A DNA stretch of 63,645 nucleotides, filler included, from Hausera hauseri (GCA_046269625.1; 11 parts of 11 records of this genome joined end to end with filler, not necessarily neighbours in it); one strand, 5' to 3'. Shown: positions 23,146 to 36,966, counted from the whole stretch's first letter. Notes: generated by a model not told the origin, from the letters alone. Numbers and translations: made by a program.

Positions 23146-26100
23146 CGGCTGTTAGTAGGGGGGGAAAGCCGGTTCTGGGCCAACGGGGGGTCCACCCACG
23201 CACCAAATGACCAATCACAAGCGGCTCGCATGCTGGTTGGTTAATTCGACAACGGCGAGTTCAGTGATGCGGTCGGATTTCCTGTGTCTCAAAAGACAAA
23301 GCCGGGAAATGCAAAAGAAAAAAACGAACTTTTTCCAGAAGCAAAATTTGAGCAGGGATGGATAGGAGAAATTGTAGAGTAGAGTATGGGCGTTNNNNNN
23401 NNNNNNNNNNNNNNNNNNNNNNNNNNNNNNNNNNNNNNTTAATTAATTAANNNNNNNNNNNNNNNNNNNNNNNNNNNNNNNNNNNNNNNNNNNNCACTTA
23501 CAAACTTTTCTATATGTGGAGTTTATTTATATTTAAGAAACATAGTGCCACTTTTAATATTCAACTCTACTACCAAATTTTTGTTTTTGAATAATTTAAA
23601 TGCTAAAAGCATAATTTCGTCACTTTTAAACTGGAAATGCATAAATTATAAATTGATATGACAAAACTCCAGAATTCAGTGGTTTGAAAAACTGGGGGAA
23701 TCAGTGATCCTTTAGATATCATCAGATGACAACCTAATTTCACACCATGGCTTTCGGTTACAAAAATCAATTTGTGCAAAATATTGTGTAATACAGTGAA
23801 TGAATGTTAAGATTTGTATTTTTGGTTTTTACTTATATTGAAAACAAACGGAAACAAATAAAATATAATTCTCTTTTTACAATTTCTTAGTTGCTCTAGT
23901 GGTTGAATTTTAAAATACTCCAAGGAAACAAAATGCAGTCCTTATGTTGGAAATGATATTTTACATCTCTAAGTATCCATGATACTCATAAGAATTTATT
24001 CAACAAAATGAAAAGTAATATTTGTGAAAACAAAGTAATTAAATATAACTGATAACTAATTATCAAATAAATTAAATTTTACTTTTCACTGATTCCTGTA
24101 TTTGATTCCAAATTTTTATTGCCGTTTTTTATGATCTTGTTCTAAATAAAAATGAAGTAGTTAGTCTAGTAAGGAAAGTGATTTTACTTTAAATGCCTAT
24201 GAAAATCATTATACAGAATTTCGTGATGATTAGTAATATGAAAAATATTCTACAAAAGCAGAGAAATAACGTAGCTGGGGTTTTAAATGTGGTTCTAATT
24301 TTGGCATTTTTTCTATTATGTAGTTTTGTTAATATTTTCTTCATTTCTCAATAGATATTCCACAAATATTTCATTTCTAAATAACCGAAATGTATTGGTA
24401 AAGTTATTTGAGACGTCGTTAATATTGGATTTATATACTTTCAAATCAGATTTTTGATCAACAGAACATTGACACAATACTATAAACTGAACGTTTTGAT
24501 GAAGCATTGGTTGAAAAATGTATTAAGATTTTGTACGATTACGATCAAATGACCATCGATCAAATAACCATCAAATAAACTTTGTGAACTTTGAAAAAAT
24601 GGATTCTAACATGAACTAAACGTGATCGAATTAACTTTATGTAAATAAATATCTGTGTAATTTTATAATGATCACGATCAACTGATTTGGAATTTTTAAT
24701 GTATACCTGATTTTGTGACGATTTTTGTTATTTTTCAATAGGATAAATAATTTTGTTTACGCATGATGTAATTATTTTACGTGATCATTTGTCATAAAAC
24801 TCCTATATAAGTAGTGATTTTTTGGTTGACAGACACAAGAATTTTGATCATCATGTGTTCACGTAAGCATACTATTATTGTTCTATATGTTTGATTGCCA
24901 AATTATTTTTATTTTCTTCTTTTAATATCATTTTTGTTGAATAATAAAACGTATTTGGTACGAGTTATCGTTGTGCTTTACTAAGTAATTTAAGTAAATA
25001 ATTTTTATAATTAACACGGATAAATTCTTCGTCCAGGTTAAAGCTACCTGACGGAGACCAAAGTAATTCCTAAGTAAAGTATAGGATATTAATCCGTAAG
25101 TAAGTAATTGAGCATTTGACATCGTTATATTCACTTTCCTTGCAACACATTACCGACTCACAGTTAGGTAAGCCAAGCCATACCCACTTTCCCAGACATA
25201 AAAGAAAAAGAATTGTTCTACTCATTAATCAACGAAAGTACAACTTTAATTGTGGGCATAAGGGTTATATTAGTGAGTACTGAACAATTTTGATATCATT
25301 CGTTTTGTTTTAGCGAATCAAATTTTCCAGATCAAGCCTAATATTTTCAAATAATATTTAAAATAGCAATTATTAACAGTAAGTTCTCGATTGAGTGGAA
25401 CAATCATAATATAAATTCAAATGGATAATAATAATAAAGGCTCAAAAGTTGCAAAACTTCACCATTCTGTTGTAAATAACCAAATAAATTGCATACTTTA
25501 ATCGATTCGATAATGGACGATTATTAACATTTAATGAATTAATGATTAAAATTATTGGGACATTTTTTTTTAAAATAAGAAATAATCCATTTTCTAAAAA
25601 AATATCTTAACAGAACCTATGATATCATCAGTTTTAAAAAATCTTAGAAAAATACATTTTCACTGTAATTCACAAATAAGAGCAATGTTTAAATGTTCGT
25701 GATAAATTACGGTTATATACACTGTTTTATTCATTAAATAACATTAAGGATTTCACAAAATCTGTTGGTGTATGCTTCATCTTTGTAATACAAACGGATT
25801 CTGCTAACGTCATGATATTATGGCAGTTTAAGTTCATTTTGATTACATTGAAAGTTTTGATTATATTTTACTGCCTTGTTGACTGAGGTTATTACATTTA
25901 GTAACATTACCGTAAATAGATTTCGTTCCTCTTCCATTAAAATGTTCTCAAACTCTTGTGTGGAGATGACGCGATACTTCTCTTATGTATGAAGAACTAC
26001 CTTCATGATATTCGAAATGACATATAAAGTTAGAGTACAATTCTTTAGGTGTTCGAGATGTTACTTAAGTATGAAATTCGCAACATTTTAAATATAAATT

Positions 26101-26210
26101 TTTACTCTAAAGAAATCGGAGTGATTAAGTAACTTATTTTATATTCTAGCACATTATTGCTTAACACATAATCAACAAACATGTCAAAAAATGGAAATGA
26201 CTTTAGTACA

Positions 26211-27050
26211 TACGACCGTAAAACAGTTTGTCCGGAAAGTTCCCGGAATGACTGTATCAGTAATGTTTGTATGATAATGTAATTAGTCATATGCTTGTTA
26301 TGAACTATGAACTGTTGTTGACATGCAGTAAAATTTTAGTTATGTAGTATTAACGGCTGTTGAATGGTTAATGATTTTGTTTTGCATACAGATAACCACT
26401 GTCATAGTTTCTAAGATGGAAAGGCCAGCTGATATTAAGTTTTATTTCAAGTGTGATAAAAGTGCAAGTGAAATGTTTAAGACGATGAAAACTGCTTATG
26501 GTGATGACTGTATGTCCAAAACAAGTGTGCTTAAGTGGTACTGATGAACTCCAGATGATGAAAGCAACGGTGTACTATATCTTAACAGAGGTTTTAGGTA
26601 TGAAGAAGGTATGTGCCAAATTAATTCCTCATTCCCTGACACCTGAGCAAAAGGAACAGTCAGTAAATACGTCCAATGACTTTATTTAAACGGCGATTCG
26701 CAATCCTAATTTTCTAATATCCATCATGACAGGAGGTGAATCTTGGTGCTTTGAATATAATCGCTCCATAAAGCGAGAAACAAGTGTGTGGATCAGACCG
26801 GGAATTCCAAAGCCGAAGAAAGTGAAATTAGTGAAGTCCAAGGTAAAAGCAATGGTCATCGTTTTCCTTGATGCAGCTGATATCATTCACCACAAATTTG
26901 TTTCAGAAGGTCGCACTGTCAACGTAGCGTTTTGCAAAGATGTCATGAAGCGTTTACTAGTGAGGATTCGTCGTGTCTGACCGGAATTTCATATCTCGGG
27001 TGACTGGTTTTTTTGCATGATAATGCATCAGCGATTACTTCTATATTATT
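26211..27050 (+). mobile_element. mariner (DD34D) transposon, internally deleted and 3'-truncated
   Basis: Left end TACGA..GTCCGGAAAGTTCC; IKFYFK..AYGDDCMS; LGMKKVCAKLIPHSLT; IMTGGESWCFEY; KAMVIVFLD; LHDNASA. Confidence 0.9.
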
Positions 27051-27080
27051 GTAAAATTGCCGGTTCTAGCACAGACCCCC

Positions 27081-27214
27081 TAGAATTGCGCAACTTCCGG
27101 TCTGAAATTACGCAACTTTCGGTGTAGATTTGCGTCACTTCCGGTGCAAATTCCGTGAATTCCGGTCAAAATTGCGCAAAGTTACGCCATTTTAGACCGG
27201 AAGTTGTGCAATTT
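27081..27214. repeat. 22-bp tandem repeat (~4.5 units) plus one inverted unit
   Basis: TAGAATTGCGCAACTTCCGGTC and variants at 27081, 27103, 27125 and 27147; inverted GACCGGAAGTTGTGCAATTT at 27195-27214. Confidence 0.85.
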
Positions 27215-27989
27215 CCGGGCAGGAAATGACGCAATAATGCGCAGCAGCCGTGTCCTCGTGTGTTCGGCTTTAAAAAATTGCGAAAATGGTCTAAGGGCAC
27301 TGGGAAATTCACTTGGACAAAAAAGTGGTTTTTGGGCAATTGCGTTGGACTGAAGAAATATAATGTAATTTTCTCATCACGGTTGACCGGGGCACATAAC
27401 AACGGTTCGAATGGTATAAGGATTGTAGTGATAACCTTTCAGGATAGCCCTAAAAGGGTATGCCGGTTCTGGAACAGTTCCGGTTTTTTGCCGGAAAGTC
27501 CATATCTTAGCCCATAGGAATCGTTCGGAGTTCGTTATGGTGTCATTCAATTGGTCTCAATGAGCTGAGTCAAATGGACGTGATTGGTGTGTATGGGCCG
27601 GAGTTGAGCAGAAAACTGAGCAAAAAAATAAGTTTGAAATGAACACTGCCCTAAATCCTCACATCACACAGGGTTTTCATCGATTCCATTGAGTAATATT
27701 CGGTTAAATCTATCGACTGGTATGTGAATGGATTCAGTCCAANNNNNNNNNNNNNNNNNNNNNNNNNNNNNNNNNNNNNNNNNNNNTTAATTAATTAANN
27801 NNNNNNNNNNNNNNNNNNNNNNNNNNNNNNNNNNNNNNNNNNATTATTGTCCTCTAAAAGACTTTATTTTGTTTAATAATATATCATTGAATGTTGCTCC
27901 TAAAGAACTTTCATATTTTTTTCTAAATTATTCCAAATTATAATCTTAATGTAAATTTAAAATTGTATCTGATTTAAATTTAGAACTTC

Positions 27990-30900
27990 TGTTATCAATT
28001 ATATCCTCACAACAACTAAATCAACTACGAGCCGAAAATGCGGCCTTAAAAACTACAATAAATAATATTAACAACAAATTGAACAAAATTCCATTGACTG
28101 GATGAGGGGTTTGTCTCTGACCGTACCAGTTCCGCATCCAGAGGGCGATCACCTTCGTCTGGGTGATCGCTGATTTGATATTATCACAGTAGATAAAGCT
28201 CAAAAATGCCATCTTGATTGCAAATTTTCCACCCAGAAGTACAATACAGACAACGTCGTTTGCATATATCATGCGAAATATAGAAATAAAAACGCAAGTG
28301 CATCTCATGTTGCACTTTTAAAAGCAACGCACAGTTCTCGAATAAAGGATGTGCTAACTTCATTTCTAATAGCCATCCTAGTTCTCCTCTTTCAAAAACC
28401 TAGCTTCGTCGCCAGAGATTACGGCGGGCACTGGCGAAGGCTACTCTTTACTTTCTAACAGCCGAAAAGTTTCTTTCGCTGTATTCACATTAACAGCTTC
28501 AACCATCGCACCGGCACCTCAACACAAACTTTCTTAAAGATACAGGCGCAGCGATATTTCTACTATCGCTTATCTTCCACGTTCAGGACGTTCTATCTAA
28601 AACAAAATCTCTTTACAGCTTCCGTGCAGCCGCTACACGTTTCCGCAACCTCCAGACTTTCATTTACTTTGCAAAACTTTCCTTCCAAGTTTCATTGGAC
28701 GTTTACCGTTCCAAATGTCCAGACAGCCATTCTAAGGTTTGATTTTCTATCATATTACAACCTTCCGGTTGACTGTAAATAACACTGTTTGGAAAGTAGC
28801 TTCAACAAAAATCAAATCAGTCAGATAAATGGCGTTTCAGCTACCACTCGGGTGGACGTCACGTAGAAGCCAATATTAAAAAAGTCGCCGATCAAACATA
28901 TTTTTTCAAATAGTCATGATATATTTCATAAATTATTAAAATATAACATTGATACTGAACCAAGATCGGATATTGACAGATATGACTTTGTCGCCACTGA
29001 AAAATCACCGGATAAGGTCACAGCCTCAAATACAATCTTCAACACGACCATCCTACATCAAATACCTCTCGATTTTAAGCCACCAAGTAGCTTCCAAATT
29101 TCAAATGTTAAGGACAAAATTATTTTGCCTTCACCTGATCTTTGATAATTCTATAAAAATCTGCAACAGTATCTTAATACATCATTCACTTGCGTAATTC
29201 AAAAAGATAGGTCTTTCACACCAATAAACATCACTTTTCAACACGTCATTGTGCAACACCAAATGCCCATTTGTCAGAAGGTGCGTCCATTATCACCTGT
29301 ACGAAGACAGGCGGTTGAAGCCGAATTTATAGCCCTTGAACGCTCCGAAATTGTACGTCGATCCAAGTCGCCATGGACTTCTCCTTTACATGTTGTGCAA
29401 AGACAGACGGATCGTTTTTACCATGCGGCGACTACCGGCAGCTAAACTCTTTGACAATAATGTACGCGTACCCGTTACCACTGATCAAAGACATCTGACA
29501 TAGCCTAAATTCCATCACATTCTATTCCACTATTGACCTAGCCAAGGCATATCACTAGATTCCTGTGGCACCAGAAGATATTGCAAAAACCGCAGTTACA
29601 ACGCCCTTCGGCCTTTATGAATACTTATATATGCCTTTTGGCTTCAGTAATGCTGTCCAAACTTTTGGACGCTATATAGATGCAATTCTCTCTGGTTTTC
29701 CTTATGCTCACCCTTATATCGACGACATTTTACCTGTTTCTTTATCAACTAAACAGAATGAGGAACACTTCCGATTCATTTTTCAGCGTCTACATCAACA
29801 CAAACCTTCAGATAAGTTTTGCAAAATGTCTCCTTTTAAGCAACGCATAAATTTTCTCGGAAACTTTATCTCTTCTGAAGGTCACTCGCCCTACCCCGAC
29901 AGAGTTGAAGCCCTCAGGAACGTACAACTACCACGAGCAACAACTGAAATAAGAAGCTTCCTCGGAATTTTGTACTTCGTCCACACATACGTCCCATATT
30001 GCTTAAAACTAATTGCACCCTTTGCTCATCTAAGTAACGAGAAAAAGCATCTGTCAGTACTGTAGACGCCGAAACTGCTGAATAAGTTTGATAAATTAAG
30101 AGAAGGCCTAAAATCAATCGAAATTTTAGCATACCCTAAGCTAAATGCTAGCTTATTCTTACTACGTATGTTTCCACCACTGCTGAAGGAGCCGTACTAC
30201 ACCAGATTCATAAAGGCGAAAATCAACCGCTGGAGTATTTTCACGAAAATTAACACCTCAGGAAATCATATACTCCACGTTCGAACGACAACTACTGGCG
30301 ACAGTTCTCGCTTTAAAACACTTCACATTCATTCACTGCTCGACACTTCACTATACAAACTGACCATAAACCCCTAATAAACATCATGGGGATGAAACAA
30401 CATTCTATTCGGTAGGAACGACAGATTTCGTACTTATTGACATTCAACTTTGAAATCAAACATATTAAAGGCGTTAACGACTAGCCAACAATTTTATCCA
30501 GGTCAGTTAGCTTAATTAACTTTAAGCCTATCTTCACTTTAGATCAGCTTCAGGAAAACCAGCCACCTCAAGACATCCTTAAATCTTTTAAATCGTGCAA
30601 TATCGCTGACGGCGTGGCCTTAGACACGTCTAAACCAGGACCGTCTAAAATTATCTTAGCTCCTGCCTTGCAAAAACGAGCATTAAACAGCGTGCATTCA
30701 CTGCATCACCCTTGTGCTACGACCATGTTTCGCTTGCTTTACCGGCAGGTAGTTTGGCCGTCAATGCGTTCTGATGTGTAAGGGTAGGTTAAGGAGTGCG
30801 TGGCTTGCAAGAAATTTAAAACCACCAAGCATTTGAAACCACCACTATATCATTTCCCTTGCACATCGCGTTTCAATTTGAATCCAACATGTTTAAATCC

Positions 30901-31520
30901 TTCGTTAACAGATTGTAGATTAGCCATATGCACACAACACTTTATCTCCCCCAATCGAATGGCCTTCTTGAAAGATTCCACTGAACACTGAAAATGTCGC
31001 CTAAAATCTTTGCTGAATCCAACAGTAGTTGGACAACTCTTCTTCCGTTAATTCTGCTTCGCTGGCGTGAGACTCCATTCACTTCTACAGGAAGCTCCTG
31101 TACGTTCATTATTTTAGCTAACTGGCTTAGAAGACACACCTACAGACAAAACAATCCCAGCGGCATATGATCACTTTATTGCAATCAGTAACGATTCGTT
31201 CTGCAGAACAATACGTAACAATAAAATGTATCTACCTGATGATTTATGTTCTGCAAAGTATGTTTGGCTAAGAAATTAAACGCCGTGCGGTTTTCAACCA
31301 CGTTATATAGATCCCTACAAACTTGTTTTCTTGTACGCTCACAATGCCATTGTCCTCAAAGACGGTAAAGAACTAGCGGTGAATATCAACAACGTCAAGC
31401 CCGCTTTCTTAGAAGATGATACATCTCAAACCGAATCTCTTACTTCTTTTCTCCATTCTTCATCTATTCCTGTTCCTACCTCTACTTCGGAATCTGCTTT
31501 ACTTTTTACTTTTTTTGTAT
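27990..31520 (+). mobile_element. Degenerate CsRn1-like Ty3/Gypsy (gag end, PR, RT, RNase H, IN with core deletion)
   Basis: CIYHAKYRNK knuckle at ~28260; DTGA protease at ~28540; [10 protein letters not shown]; KTAVTTPFGLYEYLYMPFGF; YIDDIL; HSLHHP..WPSMRSDV..CVAC; NGLLERFH; KELAVNINNVKPAF. Confidence 0.92.
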
Positions 31521-31649
31521 CATTCCAGCAGTCTCTATTTCTCTACATCTTAAAGGGAAGTCGTTATAAAAAATATCAGGATTATTATCTGTTTCTGTGG
31601 AAGATTTAAGGAATTCTATCAAGGAAAGAGTCCCAATATGTGTAATTTA

Positions 31650-32717
31650 TATAATTTAAATCATTTTAGAAATATAAGTAAGGAGGATCAGTAGCAAACA
31701 GAAGAGGAAAGAGTGGAATACGCAAGAAGCTATCAACACGAGGCGTGTGTCATCTCAAACTGTGTTCGGTAAGCTCCCTTCAAGACATCGGGAAAGTCAA
31801 GAAAGAATTTGTCGAATATAGTAATATTACTGTGCATCCAAGTACCATTCGGCGCTATTTGAAGAGAATGAACATAAAATGCAGAAAATCTAATCGTAAG
31901 CCACTATAAAATGCGTTTCAAAGAAAGAGACGGGAGAAATGGGCGAAGCAATTACTGAGAAAGCGTTCAGACTTTTGGAAAAGATCACTTTCTCTGATGA
32001 AACTAGAATAGAACTTTTACAGTGGGATGTGTCAGAAAATGTCTACAGGACTGATGGAAAGGCAGATTTACTTTAGCATATACGACCTACATTCAAACAC
32101 CCTCCTTCAATAAGTTTTTCGGGAAAGTTTTAATTACAAATGTGTGGGCAGGTTAAAGTTTGTAGACACTCAGCCATCAATGAATTTAGAATGGTGTTTT
32201 TCATAAGCAGGTCTGTGAGACATTGCATGGGCTATTTAGAGGTGTGCAGTATGCCTTTTTTCAAGATGATGGTGCCCCTTGCCATCGGTCTAGGACTGTG
32301 CATAAAAAATTTCAACAGTTGGGGATAAGGCATTTGGATTGGGTGCGGCAGTCTCCAGATTGTAAACTCATTGATAACCTGTGGGAATATTTGAAGAGAA
32401 AAGTCAGTGCTAGGATGCCCCAAACAATGATAGTCTTGAAGGAAGTAATTAATGAAATATGGTTCAGTGAGATATCATTGCAATATTGCCAAATGTTATG
32501 CAATTCCATGAGTAGAAGGCTTTCTGCTGTTGTGAAAAATAAAGGCTTCTCAACAAAATATTGACACTGTGTCATTACGTCCTTCATCATGTTCATTCTG
32601 GCCTTCTGATTTATGAAATTATTATGGTTCTTACGAATAAAGCGCCTACATGCCTTCCTAATATGTTATTTCCGTCATATTTCATGGGAGTGCTTATTTT
32701 TTCTCACGACACTATAT
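31650..32717 (+). mobile_element. Tc1 (DD34E) transposon remnant
   Basis: VHPSTIRRYLKR; FSDETRIE; FFQDDGAPCH; WVRQSPDCKLIDNLWEYLKRKV; SMSRRLSAVVKNKGFSTKY*; TIR-like end ...CACGACACTATA. Confidence 0.9.
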
Positions 32718-32922
32718 GTAGGGGACAACGTCGTGATGATGTTTATTTTACTCAGCTAATGTTCATTTGACACTACGTNNNNNNNNNNNNNNNNNNNNNN
32801 NNNNNNNNNNNNNNNNNNNNNNTTAATTAATTAANNNNNNNNNNNNNNNNNNNNNNNNNNNNNNNNNNNNNNNNNNNNTATGCTTCTGTAATCTCGGATT
32901 GTTTCTATCAATATAATGATTG

Positions 32923-35240
32923 TTAGGAATTTTTAAGGGGATCCGAAACCCCATCGTAATCATCATTTGTGGCTCTAAAGAGAGCCGTTAACATTCCCAA
33001 TTCTATTGTCACATCTATTGAATTCCACAGAGATTGAACATTATCTGGTTCCTTGTGCGTCTCGACAACAATGGGAGTTGTAACCCCAATAGATGGTGGA
33101 ACATTCGATTCCAATAAATCTATTTTTGAGTGAATCATCTATACGAGTTTGATGCAATTGCACGGTTCTTTCGAATCTGGACTTTTCTTGATTCGATTCC
33201 AAATTCAACTGTTTAACTTTAGCTTTGAGTTCGATTTCGGTATTCGAGTAAATTTCAATACTCGATTTTGAAACAGCGTTTTGGGGATTCCAAGCGGGTT
33301 GATATATTGTTCATTGTTTTGAGCAGTTCGCATCTTTCGGACTGTTGGGATTTAACTTGCATTTCCAATCTCGTAACGCTCTTTAATTCTTTTTAATTCT
33401 TTCATCCCGTATTCAAATTCAATGAATTGATGTTCCATGATACACAGCTCATTTTTCGTGTTCTTTAATTCTCCACGGATCTGTGCTAATTTCTGGTTGG
33501 AATTACTGAAATCAGTCTGTATGTCACTGTATTACAGTTACCTGTTAATCAAATCCTGTTCCAAAGTTTCAATATGACTTTGATTTGACGTACACTTTAA
33601 CATGAGTGTGACATATGACGTCTTTGCATTGGCTAATAGTCGGTTTAACTGTTCGATAGTCACCATAAGGTTTTCTTTAATTGTTTCTCGTTCGTATTGC
33701 AAATACTTAATCTCTAAACGGAGACCGTCAATTTTTTCTTGCAAATTAATAATCTTTTAATTGGATTCAATAAGACACGTTTGATTCAGACTATCATCAG
33801 CGACTTTCGATGGAATGACCAGAGACATTGTAAGATCCACATTGGCCGATTCATCCATGCTGTTAACAATTCGTGATATTTCCGATTTATCAACGGACAA
33901 TGCTTTGATGATGTACTTTTGTTTTTCTATTATTTTTTCCAGTTCCGAAATTTTTTTGATTTTCTCTTTCAGTAAATCTACTTCTTTGAACGAACTTTCT
34001 TATTTCTTTCCTAATTCTTGTATGCTCTGCTCATTAATCTGTCCCTCAACTTTCTCCATATCATCGCCCAAATCTCTCAGTTGTTCAATAAGATGAATAT
34101 TTTGCTGTTGTAGTTCGCAAATGTTCTTAAACGTCAGCAGATGAGTCGTAATGACGTCTTTGGACGTTATGTATTTTTTGGTATGTTCACTGGGTGTGAT
34201 GCTCAGTGACGAATTGGACCGATGGATGTTATACGACTGTTGACTGAGATACTTTCGACGGTTTTCCAGCATGGATTCGTTGCCGTTTTGACTGTCGGTT
34301 GATCGGATAATGGTATCGCGGAACGATTCGATTTCTTTTAGTAAATAACAGACCTGCTGCAAGAGATCGGCAACAGTCTGTGATTCACGTTTCAATTTCT
34401 TCGTTACTTCTTCGCACTTCTTTTTGTATTCTGTTAAATCCGAACGACACATGTACAGTTCCGACAGTTTCGTCCTATCTGTTGCCCAACAATGACAGTG
34501 ACAATTCGATATATACGTAGTCTTCCTGTTGTTTCTTGATGAGAGGAGCTTTCAGTTTCAGTTCTTCATACATCAAATTCAAATATTCGTTCAATCGATC
34601 TTTGTCGACACGTAATTCATATCGTTCGGTGACAACTTCAATATGTTCATTGTAAATTTGTGTAAGACTAACCCTTTTCAAGGCACTAATAGCAGCTTCT
34701 GTTGTCGGATTCATCGCTTTTAGATCGTATTCGGATACTTTTTATTCTGAATTTTTCGATTAATTCATTGGCTTCATGAATTTCCGTTTCCTTCTGATTA
34801 ATCGTACGTTTCAAATCGATAATCTGAGAATTGATCTCACCGAGTTTGGCATTACATACAGCTTTCATACTTTCATTTTGAGCGCACACGTCCTTCAGGT
34901 AGTCTTGCATGTCCTTTAAAGCCTTGGTTATGTTTTTAATTTTCAACTGACTTTCTTCCTTCTCCTCTTTGTAAATGTCGCACATCTGGGTCTGAACGTG
35001 GAGTTCTTTGTGCAACAAACCGTTAATATTGGTTTGGCTTTCAACGGCTGCTCTTAAACTCTCGGTTTTTTCGGCGTTTACCTTCTACAAGTAAGTAATT
35101 TTTTTTAATTTCTCAATGGTTGTATTTAATTGTTTGATCTCATTTCGTTTACTTTCCGCATCCAAATGAACATCATGCATGTTATTGTTATTTCGAACTT
35201 CTTCATCAACTAATCGCTTTCTAGCAGCACTCAAATCACC
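32923..35240 (-). pseudogene. Tpr: Nucleoprotein TPR/Megator/Mlp1 coiled-coil fragments, disrupted and apparently intronless
   Basis: MNPTTEAAISALKRVSLTQIYNEH..RLNEYL..LKLKAPLIKKQQEDY and DLLQQVCYLLKEIE..TSKDVITTHLLTFKNICELQQQNIHLIEQLRDLG match the conserved TPR N-terminal motifs ([49 protein letters not shown]). Confidence 0.85.
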
Positions 35241-35794
35241 TTCCAACGATTTTGTATAAGCTCGAATATAACAGCAACATTCTACTAATTTGTAATTCAT
35301 GATTATACAATTGTAGTGCCAATGAAATTTCTAGTGGTCCACCGCCGGTAATCAATGCTGGTTTCTTTACCAAATGCTGTATTACACATAATGCGTTGTG
35401 TAATGACCGCTCAATCTTAATAAAGACTAATTGACTACTGTTATACATCCAATTCGACACTGTCGAATTAGCATCTTGAATGTCACTCACTCTCATAACC
35501 CTTAACGAACCGACTGATATTTCCACATTTTTCATCACATTTGCTGATTTATTTGTTTCATCGGTAACTTTNNNNNNNNNNCAACACCGACTCAACAACA
35601 ATTGGTGTTGGAATTGTCGAATTTTGACTCATGATTTTTGAATTGAATAAAGTCGTTGCTATTGTCATCAGAGTTTCTTTGTTGCTGGGATCATTTAGCT
35701 GAAAATTTCCTAACAATTTCTCACAGGTCAATTCTGCGAATTTCAGAAATGTCTTTGAAACGGCAGTCGGGAGAATTCCTTTGTCAAATAATTT
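35241..35794 (-). pseudogene. CCT4: Chaperonin CCT4 (TCP-1 delta) fragment lacking most of the apical domain
   Basis: KLFDKGILPTAVSKTF..KETLMTIATTLFNSKIMSQNS..VVESVL|KVTD and SSQLVFIKIERSLHNALCVIQHLVKKPALITGGGPLEISLAL match CCT4 GIHPTIISESF..TSLNSKVVSQYS and [34 protein letters not shown]. Confidence 0.85.
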
Positions 35795-36966
35795 AGCAAA
35801 AGAATTCTCAAATACATCTTGATATACTGAAGTATCAATTTCATAAACGGGAGGTTTTCCAAAATCATTCTCGTTACAACCAAAATCGATACCGACCGGA
35901 ATTGAGACATTTAAACTGGGTGTTCTCAAATTAGGATATAGCGGAGGTAACTCATATCGTGCAGGGAACCTATCGTCCTTTTCAATCGGTTTATCTAGTA
36001 CATGACGTGGCATCTTATTTATAGTCTCATCATATACAGATTCTATATCAATTGCATGGTCACCGGTATTACTTTTGTGGGCAAATTCCACCTCTTGCGT
36101 ATTTTTCGCCTGATTTATAAAGTTGAAAATATTCATTGTTGTTTTTGGAGGATCATTAGTTAAAAACGATTGTATGTATTCAACATCGTCATTTAAATAG
36201 GTCAGAATTTTCTCTATTAAATCCGGTCGTTCTTCTTTTTTGTACTTCACTTTTCAATCAGTTTATACACGTGCGATCCTTTAGCACTTTCTGGTAAATA
36301 ATTTACCAGAGGCATTTTATTACGAGTGACAATCTCTGGAACTTCGTCGTTATTATAATTATAGTATGGCCGGAATCCAAAGGTAGAGATTTCAAAATTC
36401 ACAACACCAAAACACCAAATATCTGATTCTATAGAGAAATAACCAAACTGGACTGCCTCCGATGGCATCCAAAGAACGGAGAATACAAAATGTCTTGAGA
36501 TTCGATGATGTTGATTTTCTTGTCAATTTAAAATGGGTCTCGTGAAACCAAAATCTCCAATTTTTACACCATTATCGTCGGATAACAAACAATTTCGACC
36601 AGCTAGATCTCTATGAATCAGATTATTATCATGCAAATAAAGTAATCCAGAAGTAATATCTTTAACAAAGCAAGTTAGCCTTGCTAGACAAACCATTTTA
36701 TGCGTAGGATATTTATGGCAATAGACTATGTACGACAATAAGTAATCTTCTAAATCACCATTAACAACTAATTCCATAACGAGATAAATGACAGGATTTG
36801 ATGGATTAAGACAAATTCCAATGAGTTTAATAATATTTGGATGTTTCGTATCTTTCATCATATTTTCAACAACTGTAATAAATAACAACACATTAACTGA
36901 ATGTGTGTCGCCATTTTCAAAATTTGTATATAGATCATAATTCCAAAATAAGCAAGTATCATTCAC
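35795..36966 (-). pseudogene. Receptor-type protein tyrosine kinase domain plus C-terminal tail, frameshifted
   Basis: HPNIIKLIGIC..YLVMELVVNGDLEDYL; IHRDLAGRNCLL; KIGDFGFTR; WMPSEA..FSIESDIWCFGVVNFEISTFGFRPY; EERP. Confidence 0.9.
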
